A stretch of 64,000 nt of DNA, from NCBI GenBank assembly GCA_963727445.1, contig CAVSGI010000013.1, positions 352,001 to 416,000 of the forward strand. Reading direction: 5' to 3'. The position numbers and the translations under genes were made by a program. This document shows, piece by piece, positions 20,577 to 30,838 of this stretch; position 1 is the first letter of the stretch; each line of letters opens with the position of its first letter. The stretch comes from an uncultured delta proteobacterium. Lineage in GTDB: Bacteria > Myxococcota_A > Polyangia > Polyangiales > B10-G4. The notes beneath the pieces are model-generated. The model was not told where the DNA came from, did no database searches, and saw only the letters and a list, made by a program, of their open reading frames with translations.

Positions 20577-21636
20577 GTGAAGGCTCTTCGTCGGGCGGCG
20601 CTCTTCGCGCTGGCGTGGCTCGCTGCCTCCTGTGGCGCGCCCAGAGGTAGGGTGCCCGGTCCGACCTCGCCGCCGCCTGCGGAAGACGAAGCGGCGGCGC
20701 CGAGAGAGGGCGCTCGCACCCGAGGACGAAGCCCTGCTGGCGCGTCTGCCGGACGACACCATGCTGGTCATCGCGCTCGATCACGAGCGCCTCGCGGCGT
20801 CGCCGTATCACGGCGCCCTCGTCGGCGACGAGGCGATCCTCGTGCACACCGCGCTCGGAATGCACCTGCATCTCGATCCGGAGACCGACCTTCCCGAGGA
20901 CTTTCTGCGTCAGGCCGACAGGACGCTCATCGTGATCACCCTCGACGAGGTGGGCCTGAACGACCTCTTCGTCGCGGTCGAAGGGGCGCTCGACGCGGAC
21001 GTCGTCTCCGCGCTGGCGTCGTCGGCCGGCGCGAGCCTGCATGTGGGCGAAGACGGCGAGGGACGAATCGGCCCGATCGCCGAGGACGAGGTGGAGGCGA
21101 TCGGCGTCTATCGCCCGTCTTCCGGCCTGGCCTTCGGTCCGCTCGATCGTGAAGAGGAGATCGCCGCGCTGCTCTCGGATCAGCCCGCTCGGTCGCGCGG
21201 CGACTCGACCTTGCGCCGCGTGCTTTCACGAACGCCGAACACGACGGGAGCGCGGGCTTTCATCGCGAACACGCGGGGCCTCGCGGCCTATCTGCGCGAG
21301 ACCTTCGCCGCGCAGAACCTCACCACGGAGATCGTCGACACCCTGGTGGGCGTGACGCTGGAGCTCGACGTGGACGACGGCGCGACGCTCGAGCTGTCGG
21401 GGATCGCGAGCACGCCGGAAGCGGTCGAGACGCTCGCGGACCAGCTCGACGAGCTCATCGCTGGGGCGGCGGAGCAGCCGCTCCTCGTCGCCCTCGGCAT
21501 CGCGGCAGCGATCGAAGCGCGGGAGCGAACGGTGACCGACGACGAAGCACGCTTCGTCTTCCGCATGAGCGACACGGCCTTCCGCGCAGCGCTCGTGCGC
21601 ATGATGGGAGTCCTCGCGTCGGCAGCCTCCGAATGA
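20577..21636 (+). CDS. Lipoprotein of unknown function, frameshift near 20710
   Basis: Signal ALFALAWLAASC in one frame; body ALLARLPDDTMLVIALD... in another. Confidence 0.65.
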
Positions 21637-21680
21637 GTACATCAGGCCGCGAAGCGGTAGACTGCTGAGAGAGGGAGTCG

Positions 21681-22373
21681 GTGAAGCACAGAATCCTCAT
21701 CGTCGACGACAACGACTTGAACGTCGAGCTGCTCTCGCAGCTCCTCGACGAAGACTACGAGTTGGAGACGGCGTCGAACGGAGAGGAAGCGCTGAAAGCG
21801 GCCGCGAGCTTTCGCCCGGATGTGGTCTTGATGGACCTGTCGATGCCCGTCATGGATGGCTGGGAGGCCACGCGACGACTTCGTGCGCTCCCCGAGAACA
21901 GCCACCTCCGGATCCTCGCGGTGTCCGCGTGCACCATCCCCGGCGAGGTGGAGCGCGCGATCGCCCTCGGGTGCGACGGCTTCGTGAAGAAGCCCGTCGA
22001 CGAGCAAGCGCTCCTCGACAAGATCCGCGCGATCCTCGAGGGCCGCATCAGCGCGGTCCCGGATGTCGACAACGCAGGGCCCAACGTGACGCCACAGGAC
22101 CACCGCCGGACGCAACGCAAGCTCGACAGCTGGCCCGTGGGCGTCACCTCGTATCGGCTCGGCGAGGTGTGGCTCTGTCACGTGGACACCGACGCGGGCG
22201 ACATCATCGGCCGCGCGCGGGGCGCGACCCGCGACGCCGCCGAAAAGGAGGCCGTCAGCATCGCCTCCACCAAGGTCCACTCCTCCCGCAGCCTGAGACG
22301 CGCCCTGGACGACCTCCGTTCGAGCGTATCGCGCATGGAAGAGAGCCTGAAAGAGGGCGACGGGGACGAGTAG
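21681..22373 (+). CDS. Response regulator receiver with unknown C-terminal domain
   Basis: ILIVDDN, PDVVLMDLSMPVMDGWEA, GCDGFVKKP. Confidence 0.9.
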   Translation: MKHRILIVDDNDLNVELLSQLLDEDYELETASNGEEALKAAASFRPDVVLMDLSMPVMDGWEATRRLRALPENSHLRILAVSACTIPGEVERAIALGCDGFVKKPVDEQALLDKIRAILEGRISAVPDVDNAGPNVTPQDHRRTQRKLDSWPVGVTSYRLGEVWLCHVDTDAGDIIGRARGATRDAAEKEAVSIASTKVHSSRSLRRALDDLRSSVSRMEESLKEGDGDE

Positions 22374-22424
22374 CTCGCGAGTCGCGGCCACCGGTGTGCC
22401 GCGTCCGTGTGGAGCGGCGGCTCC

Positions 22425-22940
22425 TCAGAGGCGGACCTTCAGCCCCATCTCCTTCATCGAGAGGAGCGCCTCGGCGTTGCCGCGGGCGTCGTCCACCGGA
22501 TGGTGGGTGTGGGGCGACTTCCGCAGATGCTTGAAGCTCTTGAATGTGTCCTTGGTGAGGCCCTTGTAGAGGGAGCCGAGGTTCTGTGAGCTGAAGCCGA
22601 AGGGGTTCTTCCCGAGGAAGTGATGGAAGTACCAGTTGATGAACTGCCAATCGAAGCCGTTGTTGTCCGCGACGAAGATCTTCCGATCGTCGCACTCGTC
22701 TTCGAGCCAGGCGTCGAAGCGCTTCATCACCGCGGCCGGATCTTCGAAGGCCTCGGTCGCTTGGCGGGTGAACCCACTCACGGCGAGGGCCTCGGGGACC
22801 CATTGCTCGGAGATCGGCTTCAGCTGCCCATAGAAAGTTCTACCGAGACCCGGCTCCACGATCACGGCGCCGAAGCAGACCATCGAGTAGTCCCCAGGAA
22901 TGGGTCCATCGGCTTCGACGTCGACCATTACCCAAGTCAT
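22425..22940 (-). CDS. DEDDh 3'-5' exonuclease/exoribonuclease
   Basis: VMVDVEADGP, NGFDWQFINWYF, HTHHPVDDA. Confidence 0.88.
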   Translation of the reverse strand: MTWVMVDVEADGPIPGDYSMVCFGAVIVEPGLGRTFYGQLKPISEQWVPEALAVSGFTRQATEAFEDPAAVMKRFDAWLEDECDDRKIFVADNNGFDWQFINWYFHHFLGKNPFGFSSQNLGSLYKGLTKDTFKSFKHLRKSPHTHHPVDDARGNAEALLSMKEMGLKVRL

Positions 22941-23019
22941 GATGCTCAAACCCTAACCACGGTGGCACACGCGTCCAGCGGCGACTTTTCATCGAAGGGC
23001 ATCGGAGGGACACTGATCC

Positions 23020-23989
23020 GTGGAGGTCCTCGTGATCGTTCGCTTCGCCTCTCTCTTCGTCCTGTTCACCCTCTTCGCCTGCTCCGACGACGACTCGGTC
23101 GTCCTCGACGCCGAGCCCGACACCGCCGTCGGCGACGGGAGCATGGATGCGATGCCCGACGCGGACGTGCCCGATGCCTCGGACGCGACGCCAGACGGGA
23201 TGCGGAGCGATGGGATGGTCGCGGACGCGGCGATCGACGCCCCACCAGCCGACGCCACCCCCGACGCTGCGATGGACGCGACACCCGACGCCGTGGTGGA
23301 CGCGACCGCGGACGCGACCATGGACACCGGACGGGACGCGGTGGTGGTGGACGCCACCTCCGGCGTCTGTGGCGATGGCGTCCGCGATCCGGGTGAGGCC
23401 TGTGACTACGCGGTCGACCTGTGCTGCAACCGCAGCTGCACCGGGCCGGCCGCCGTACGCACGCTGTGCCGGGCGTCGGCGGGGATTCTGCGACCGCCCG
23501 GAGCGCTGCGACGGTACGTCGGTCGCGTGTCCCTCCGACGGATTCCGGTCGGCGAGCACCACATGTCGCGCCTCGGCCGGCGTCTGCGACCTCGCGGAGA
23601 ATTGTACCGGAAGCAGCGCGACGTGCCCGACCGATACGCTGGTCGCCGCCGGCACCGAGTGCCGAGCCAGCGCCGGCGTCTGCGATGTCGCCGAGAGCTG
23701 CACCGGCGCCTCCGTGCGATGCCCCGCCGACCGCCTCGCCCCGACGCGCACCGTGTGCCGCGCAGCGGCCGGCGGCTGCGACGTCGAGGAGACCTGCACC
23801 GGCACCTCCGTTCGCTGCCCCGCGGACGCCTACAGCGCGCCGCGCACCCTGTGCCGCGCCGCCGACCCGCTCACTTGCACCGCCGACGCGCGTTGCAGCG
23901 GCCTGAGCCCCGACTGCCCACCCAGCGCCTCGACCTGCACCGCCGGCCTGATCTGTTGCATGCCGGGATGCGCTCGCGTCTGCCCGTGA
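23020..23989 (+). CDS. Lipoprotein with DA linker and disintegrin-like repeats, frameshift at the G-run near 23483
   Basis: Lipobox LFAC; CGDGVRDPGEACD; repeats CRASAGVCDLAENCTGSSATCPTD. Confidence 0.8.
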
Positions 23990-24023
23990 CCCGCGCGCGT
24001 CGACGCACGACAGCAGGCGCGCA

Positions 24024-26223
24024 TCAGTCCTCCTCTTCCTCGTCGTCGTCCTCGTACTCCTCGTCTTCCTCTTCTTCGTCCTCTTCTTCGTTCTCGTCGA
24101 AGAGGTCGATGTCCGGATTCGACCAGAAGCCGAAGGTCTTGATGAAGGCGAGCTCGTCGGCCTGAAGGAAGGTCGCGTCGGGGACGTCGTCGAGCTCGGT
24201 GAAGCCGAGACCGAACCAATCCGACTCCTCGGCCAGATCCTTCATCACCGCGACCACCTCGCCGTACCGCTCCTCGGGGGCCAGATCCTCGGACGCCTCG
24301 AGCAGCTGGCCGAGCCTTTCCGTCGGATCCTCGCCGTAGCTCATGAAGAAGCGAGCGAAACCGACCGCGTGCACGGGGACGTGGTCGACACGCTCTTCGA
24401 TCTCGGTCGGCAGCGCGATCTCGTCCAGCCCACACAGCCAGCAGAGCCAGGTGAGGCGGGTCCATTCCTGGCGGCAGAGATGATTGATGCCGACGCCGCC
24501 GAAATCCTCGGGGATCGCGACCTCCACCGGACCATCGGGCAGCAGGTGTGAGACGTCGGGCACGATCCAATCCGCTTCCCCGAAACGCTCCACCAGACGC
24601 TCTCGATGCCGCATGAGGCGTGTCGCGCTCTTCTGGATGGCTTCGTGAAAGCGCTCGACCTCCGCCGGGTTCTTGGCCTTCGTTCGATTCGAGGAGCTTC
24701 GAGAGGCGGTCGATGCTCTTGCGCCGCGAATCGTCGGTTGGCCAGAAGGTCCAGTCGGGGAAGAGCGCGTGGATGTAGGAGCCGATGCCCTTGGCGAACC
24801 CCTCGTCGTTCGCGCGGAGCCGCTCGACCGACTCGCGCGCGCCCGCCGCGTCGCCGAGGCTCGCGCGCACCAGCGCGCGCGTGTACTCGAACGACGCCGC
24901 CTCCTCTTCCGGCGCCGTGCGGATGGCGGCGTCGATGATCTCCGACGCCAGCTCCGACTCGTCCGCGTCGTCGAGAACGCCGGCCGCGAAGCGGAGCATC
25001 TCGAAAGGATCGCCGCCGCCGCGAATCACGTCGAAGGCAGCGTTGACGCATTTGTCGGGTCCTCCCCCGAAACGCGCGATGTTGGAGACGAGCATCCTGC
25101 CCATCTGGGTGGCGTGGACGGTCACGTTCGCGCTGACCGGACGCGCGAGCGTCGCGAAGGCCTGCCGGAGCTTCTCCGGCTCCGCCTCGCCCCGTCCCAC
25201 GGCGCGCGCCATCGCGAAGAGGGACGCGCCGACCTGCCGCTCCGAGGCCAGGCGCTCCGCGAGCGCCATGAAGCCGCTGGTCGCGCTGAGCACGCTCTGC
25301 GTGGCCTCGAGGTCGTTGGGGAGGCCGGTGTCGACGCTCGCCATGACGTTGCCGGCGCCGTCGAGGTACTCGATCACGCCCACCGGGTCGTCGTCGTCGA
25401 ACTCGCCACGCATGGCGTGGGCGGTTCCTTCTTCGACGTCGTCTTCGTCGAAGCGCACGAGGCGCGGTCCCTTCTTCTCTCCGAGGGCGTAGCTGACCTC
25501 TTCGAGGACGTTGCCGCCTTCATCGTAGGTGCGGGTGAGGCCGTGACGCTGACCGTCATGCCACTCGGCCTCCTCCACCAGAGCTCCGCTCTCCTCGTGG
25601 AAGATCTTCGCGGTGCCCTCGATGACGCCTGCCTCGTACGGCTCTTCGGTGACGAGCACCCCTTCGGTGTTCCACCAACGCCACACACCGGTGCGCGCGA
25701 TGGTTTCGTCGTCGTTGTCGATCACCGCGCCCGCCACCCAGCGGTACATGTCGTCCTCTTCCCGCTTGCGGAAGTGCGCGTCTTCGGGGACGCCCTGGGG
25801 CCGCGTGTCGGGGAAGGGCTCGCCATCCTCCATGCACTGGTTGCCGTCGGCGTCGTAGCACCGCGCAGCCACTACGCTGCCATGCTCGTAGTCCATCTCC
25901 GCGCGCTGCACCGCCTCGCCCAGCCCGTAGGGAAAGTTCTCCGTGGTCTGTGCGGACGAGCGCCGAAAGACGTTCGTTCCGTGGAGCTTTCCTTCGTCGA
26001 AGGCCCCCTCACGGGACACCTCGCCGTTTTCGTGAAAGCGCTTGAACGAGCCGTGGGGGGTTCCGTGGACGAACTCGGTTTCGCAGCAGAGCGTCCCGTC
26101 GGGGCGCCACCACTTCACGAGCCCGTGCTTGTCACCCGCGTCGTCCGATTCGTGGAGGCACCATTCGTCGTCATCTTCGTCCCAGTACGCGCCCTCGGGC
26201 ACGCTCGACGGTCGCTCGCGCAT
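24024..26223 (-). CDS. MORN-variant (YwqK-like) repeat protein with TPR-like helical region and acidic tail, frameshift near 24685
   Basis: HGLVKWWRPDG, HGSFKRFHENG, HGLTRTYDEGG repeats; C-terminal frame ends EEEDEEEEDEEYEDDDEEED. Confidence 0.75.
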
Positions 26224-26279
26224 GTTCCCTCCGTATCAGGAGCGCACGAGCATACACCCCTCGAGGCGCGTCGGTCGGG

Positions 26280-28544
26280 TCAGGCCTCACGCGCCGAGAT
26301 CGACACGATCGCCACGCCCCCTTCGCTTCGGACCGCGACGCGCAGCCGGTCGTCCTCGTCTCGCGGACGCCACAGGACGCTCCGGCCCTCGCCCTCGATC
26401 ACACCGTCGGACTCCCAGCGCGTGCTCACGGCGGCGGGGCCTCCGTCGATGCGTACCTTCACGCCGTCGTCGGTCTGCTCGGCGACGACCAGGCGCACGG
26501 TGGGCGGACCCCACAAGCCCACGTCGCGGGAGCGCTCGGCCATCTTCGGCGAGCTGTCCCGCCACTGATCGATGATGCGCAAGCGAGGCCCCTCGCTCCC
26601 CGTCCCTTCGTTTTCGTCGAAGGCAGCCATGCCGCTGTCGGCCGGCGGCGGGTCCACCACCATGCCGGTATCTCCGTCGGCCCCCGCGTCGCCGGCCGCG
26701 TCTCCCGCCGCGTCGCCCGCGTCGAGGTCGCCGTCCATGCCGGCGTCCAAGGGCGGCGGATCGACCACCATGGTGTCCACCCCGGAATCGGCGGGCGGCG
26801 GGTCGACCACCATGGTGTCCATCCCCGAGTCCATCGGAACCGGATCGACCACGTCCTCGCCGCACGCCATCGTCCCGAACGCGAGCGTGGACGCGAGCAC
26901 GACGTTGCGCGCCATCTCGATGTACGCCGGCGTGGGCGCGCCGTCGCGAATGAGGACGTGCTCGCCCGAAGCGAAGCTCTCCATGCGGTCGCGGAGCGCG
27001 TCGAGGGCGACGTGCCACTTCTGGTCGGCCTCGGCGATCTCCAGACCGAGGACCGCGGTGTGGCGCGCGATGGCGTCGTGGTCGTGGGGGTCGAGGGTCT
27101 CGGCGAGCTTCGCCGCGCGCTCGAGGAAGTCGGCCGTCTCGTTGCTGATGCCGCGCGTGATGCGGTCCGCCTCGCGCCGCAGCGCCGGCAGCTGACCATG
27201 GGGGTCGTCGTAGAAGCGCTCGAGAACGTTTTGCGCGTAGCCCACGCCCATGTAGCGGTTGGCGACGCCCTGCGGGGCGAAGTTGCGCTCGCGGAAGGCC
27301 GCCGCCGAGATGCGGAAGAGGAGCTCGGCCCGATCGTCGTCCATGCGGTAGTTCCAGCCGAGGTAGCTACCACCCAGGTCCTGCACCGCGCCCATCTCCA
27401 GGTGAAGCGGTGTGCCGTAGTAGGGCTCGGCGCGACAGAAGTTCACCGGGTGCGAGGCGTGCTCGCGCATGAAGGCGATGTTCTCGCGCACATCCGAGAG
27501 CGTCGCGTGCGGCTCGAAGACGAGGAGGTTGTAGCAGACGAAGATCCCCGCGTCGTCGCAGGCGTCGAGCGCTGCACCGATCGCCTTGGTCTGCGTGCCG
27601 CGGCGCAGGTGATCCCCGCCCGCCTCGGAGGCGTTCTCCACGCCGACGTAGAGTCGGATCACGCCGAGGTCGGCGAGCTCCTGCGCCAGCTCCGCGGTGA
27701 TGGTGTCGGGTCGCGCCTTGCCGACGATGCCCAGGGTCCCGACGCCGTAGCGGTCGAGCTCCTCGCGCATGCGCCGGACGCGCGCGAGGGTGTCCTTCGG
27801 GCGGGGCAGCGTGAAGTTGTCGTCGTGGAAGCAGAAGATCGCGGGCTCGGCGGCCTCGTGCCAGAGGAGCGCCATCTCCTCGGCGACGTTCTCCGGGCTC
27901 CGCAGGCGGAAGGTCTTGCCGCCGCCGTAGGTGCGCGCGTCGCGGTAGAAGCTGGTGATGGAGCAGTAGCTGCACTTGCCCCAGCAGCCGCGGCTCGCCA
28001 TCAGCGGCACGAAAGGCACGCCGAAGTGGCGGCGGTGATCGCGGTAGCGGCGCGGGAAGGGGAGCGCGTCGAGGTCGTCTTCGAGGGCGCGCGGCGGCGT
28101 TCGAAAGACCGCACCGTCATCGGCGGCGAGGGCGAGACCGGGGATGTCGCCGAGCGGGGTGCCCGCTTCGAGGGCCGCCATGAGCTCGACGATGGTGCGC
28201 TCGCCCTCGTGTAGAACGACGGTGTCGACGCCGTGGCCACGCCCCACGACCTCACGCCACGCGAGGGTGGGGAACTGTCCACCCGCGGTGATGTGACCGC
28301 GGAAGCCGGCCGCGCGCAGGCGACGCGAGAGGCGCAGGAACTCGTGCGCCCGGTGTTGGAACTGGATCGCGAGACCGATCACGTCCGGCGCGAGTCCGAG
28401 CGCCCTGTCGGCGACCGCCTCCGCCTCGTCGGGCGTATTGAAGGAGACGAAGAACGCCTCGTGACCCGCCTCTTCCGCCGCCGCCGCGATCATGCCGATC
28501 CCGAGGTTCTCCTCGAAGTCCGCACCGATGAGCACCACCCGCAT
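26280..28544 (-). CDS. Cobalamin-dependent (class B) radical SAM enzyme with fused lipoprotein-like, VVDPPP-repeat C-terminal extension
   Basis: B12-binding N-domain (ENLGIGMIAA, ITAGGQFPT, HEGERT), SRGCWGKCSYC, FHDDNF, LYVGVEN; GGAGG RBS. Confidence 0.92.
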   Translation of the reverse strand: MRVVLIGADFEENLGIGMIAAAAEEAGHEAFFVSFNTPDEAEAVADRALGLAPDVIGLAIQFQHRAHEFLRLSRRLRAAGFRGHITAGGQFPTLAWREVVGRGHGVDTVVLHEGERTIVELMAALEAGTPLGDIPGLALAADDGAVFRTPPRALEDDLDALPFPRRYRDHRRHFGVPFVPLMASRGCWGKCSYCSITSFYRDARTYGGGKTFRLRSPENVAEEMALLWHEAAEPAIFCFHDDNFTLPRPKDTLARVRRMREELDRYGVGTLGIVGKARPDTITAELAQELADLGVIRLYVGVENASEAGGDHLRRGTQTKAIGAALDACDDAGIFVCYNLLVFEPHATLSDVRENIAFMREHASHPVNFCRAEPYYGTPLHLEMGAVQDLGGSYLGWNYRMDDDRAELLFRISAAAFRERNFAPQGVANRYMGVGYAQNVLERFYDDPHGQLPALRREADRITRGISNETADFLERAAKLAETLDPHDHDAIARHTAVLGLEIAEADQKWHVALDALRDRMESFASGEHVLIRDGAPTPAYIEMARNVVLASTLAFGTMACGEDVVDPVPMDSGMDTMVVDPPPADSGVDTMVVDPPPLDAGMDGDLDAGDAAGDAAGDAGADGDTGMVVDPPPADSGMAAFDENEGTGSEGPRLRIIDQWRDSSPKMAERSRDVGLWGPPTVRLVVAEQTDDGVKVRIDGGPAAVSTRWESDGVIEGEGRSVLWRPRDEDDRLRVAVRSEGGVAIVSISAREA
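26640..26852 (-). repeat. Four (M/D)VVDP(V/P)P-x-D(S/A)G peptide repeats
   Basis: DVVDPVPMDSG, MVVDPPPADSG, MVVDPPPLDAG, MVVDPPPADSG. Confidence 0.9.
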
Positions 28545-28619
28545 GGCAACCTCCCTCGCGGCGCGGACGCGCCGCTGGAAACGAGATGGGCACGGGTCAG
28601 CGGCGGGTCGTGTGCGTGC

Positions 28620-30041
28620 TCACGGAGTGGCGGGCCAGCGCGGCCAGATCTCGACTTCGCAGATGCCGGCGAGCTCCTCGAGACCGTCCGCGGGCTCCCA
28701 TTTCTGGTCTGTCGCGCGAAAGATGGCACCGACGTCCGATGCGTCCGGAGCGGCCATCCAGTTGCCGCCGAAGAAGCGCTCGCCGCTCGCCCACCGCCGG
28801 ACTCCTCCGCTCAGGCGGAGCCCGATGTAGGACCGCCCGGTTCCTCCGAAGAGCATGGCCGCCGCCGCCGCCTCCTCCGGCGTGTGGATACTCGCCCCGA
28901 ACATCTCGAGCTCCGCGCATCGTTGCTCGAGTCGCTCCTCCCAGTCGGACGCTGTGCCGAGGCCGGGTGGCGTCGCTTGCACGAAGCAGTGGAGACCGTC
29001 GGCGCTCTCGACGCTACCGCTTCGCCCCTCGCATGGGGTGTAGACGGTGGATGGACAGCTGCCCACACAGAAATGCGCCCGCATGAGCACAGCGCCGAGC
29101 CCAGGCGCCTGGCGGTTCATCGGCCACTCCCGCGTGTACCAGAGCTCGTTCGCACCCTCGTGATGGAACGGCAGCCAGCCGTCGGCGCCGAGGGCCTCGT
29201 TGAAGCGCGAGAAGCTGCCTCGACCAGCGAAGCTCGTGTCCCGCGACGCGCGCGTGACTTCGTAGTGCGTCACGCCATCGCGATAGGTGAGCACCAACCC
29301 ATCGCGCGAGAGCCGGGGCTCGGTGGCCTCGGAGGCGTCCCCGGTGTCGACCGGGACGGCTGCCGGAAAGGCCGTGCCGCGCATCGAACGCTCCGTGATC
29401 TGCAGCTGGCCCCCGACTTGCGCCACCAGGGTCAATCCGTCGCCCGACACCGATGGATGCTGCGCGCCAGTCGGGAAGGCATCGACCGGATCGAGGTCCC
29501 CGAACGTGCCCATGCGCAGGCCTCGCGACGCACTGCGGATGCGGATGACGTCGTCGGGGTCGAGCGACTCGACGTAGACCAGCAAACCGTCGCCGGTGAG
29601 CGTGGCGCGTTGGATGCGGTATTCGCTCGGCGTGAGGGGGACCTGCTCGGGCGCGTCGAACTCCCCGAAGCTTCCGTCGGTCGTGTCGTAAATGCGCGCC
29701 GCCGTCCACAGCTCCCCGCTGAAGGGGTCACGGTCGTCGACCCGCGTGAAGAAGAGCTGGGTCCCGTCGGTGGTGAGCTCCGGTGCGTAGTGGCTCGAGG
29801 CCGTGCTCAGCGCGCGGGAGGGAACATGGAGCGAGATGGGCTGATGGACGAGGCCCAGGTCGAAGGGGCCCGCGTCGACCGAGCCGTCGGCCCCGGCGTC
29901 CGCGGCATCCGGCGAGGAATCGAGGGTTGCATCGCGCGAGGCGTCCTCTACGCCGCTGTCCGTGCCCCCATCGTCGAGGAAGACGGGTTTCGTGCACCCA
30001 GCGAGAACGAGGACGAAGACGGCAGTCGCGAAGCGCACCAC
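28620..30041 (-). CDS. Lipoprotein with PD40-like propeller and C-terminal C-type lectin-like domain
   Basis: Lipobox VLAGC; PELTTDGTQLFF, PSVSGDGLTL; ASIHTPEE...YIGL...RWASGE...NW...W...ICE. Confidence 0.75.
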   Translation of the reverse strand: MVRFATAVFVLVLAGCTKPVFLDDGGTDSGVEDASRDATLDSSPDAADAGADGSVDAGPFDLGLVHQPISLHVPSRALSTASSHYAPELTTDGTQLFFTRVDDRDPFSGELWTAARIYDTTDGSFGEFDAPEQVPLTPSEYRIQRATLTGDGLLVYVESLDPDDVIRIRSASRGLRMGTFGDLDPVDAFPTGAQHPSVSGDGLTLVAQVGGQLQITERSMRGTAFPAAVPVDTGDASEATEPRLSRDGLVLTYRDGVTHYEVTRASRDTSFAGRGSFSRFNEALGADGWLPFHHEGANELWYTREWPMNRQAPGLGAVLMRAHFCVGSCPSTVYTPCEGRSGSVESADGLHCFVQATPPGLGTASDWEERLEQRCAELEMFGASIHTPEEAAAAAMLFGGTGRSYIGLRLSGGVRRWASGERFFGGNWMAAPDASDVGAIFRATDQKWEPADGLEELAGICEVEIWPRWPATP

Positions 30042-30087
30042 GGCGATTATACGTCGAACGAGGGGGCTCGGAGGCTATCATCGATGC

Positions 30088-30831
30088 ATGCGCGCACTGC
30101 TCGTTGCGACGATGCTCACCGTCGTGATGACGACGGGGAGGGCGAACGCGCAGGCCCACGAAGAACGCGAGACCGATCTGACCGTCGATGCGGAGGAAAA
30201 CGGCCTCGATGAAGAGGCGCGTATCGTCTACGAGGCCGGCGTGGTCGCCTATCAGGAGCAGCGCTTCGACAACGCGCTCGAGTACTTCCAAAGGGCGCAT
30301 GAGCTCAGCGGGCGACCTCAGATGCTCTTCAACATCGGCCTCGTCGCGGACCGCCTGCGCCGCGACGAGCTGGCTGTGGAGTCCTACGAAGCGTTCCTGC
30401 ACGAGCTACCCGATGCTGCGAATCGAGGGGAGGTCGAGGAGCGGCTCCGCCTGCTGCGCGCCGGGCTCGAGGCGCAACGACCCGCGACGACCGCTCAGGC
30501 CGAAGAGGGCGGCGCCAACGCCGCGGCAATCGTGCTCGTGTCCCTCGGTGGTCTGGCCGTCGGCGGTGCGATCGCCGGCGCCATCTGGTGGGCGGATCGG
30601 GCCGACGTCCTGTCGCAGTGCGACGCGCGTGGTTGCGCGAACGTAGGAACGATCGAAGGAGAACGAAGCGCGGCGATCGGCGTGACCATCGCCGCGGGCG
30701 TGGTCGGGCTCGCGGCGCTCACCACCGGCGTGATCCTGCTCGCGTCGGGCCGAGGCCGTAGCGACGCGGGCGAGTCGGCGCTCGCGTGCGGCGTTTCGCC
30801 CTTCGGCGTGAGCTGCGCGGGTCGGTTCTGA
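30088..30831 (+). CDS. Secreted TPR protein with hydrophobic hairpin and C-terminal beta-strand ending in Phe
   Basis: ARIVYEAGVVAY...ALEYFQRAHELSGRPQMLFNIG; ends GVSCAGRF. Confidence 0.8.
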   Translation: MRALLVATMLTVVMTTGRANAQAHEERETDLTVDAEENGLDEEARIVYEAGVVAYQEQRFDNALEYFQRAHELSGRPQMLFNIGLVADRLRRDELAVESYEAFLHELPDAANRGEVEERLRLLRAGLEAQRPATTAQAEEGGANAAAIVLVSLGGLAVGGAIAGAIWWADRADVLSQCDARGCANVGTIEGERSAAIGVTIAAGVVGLAALTTGVILLASGRGRSDAGESALACGVSPFGVSCAGRF

Positions 30832-30838
30832 GCCCGGC

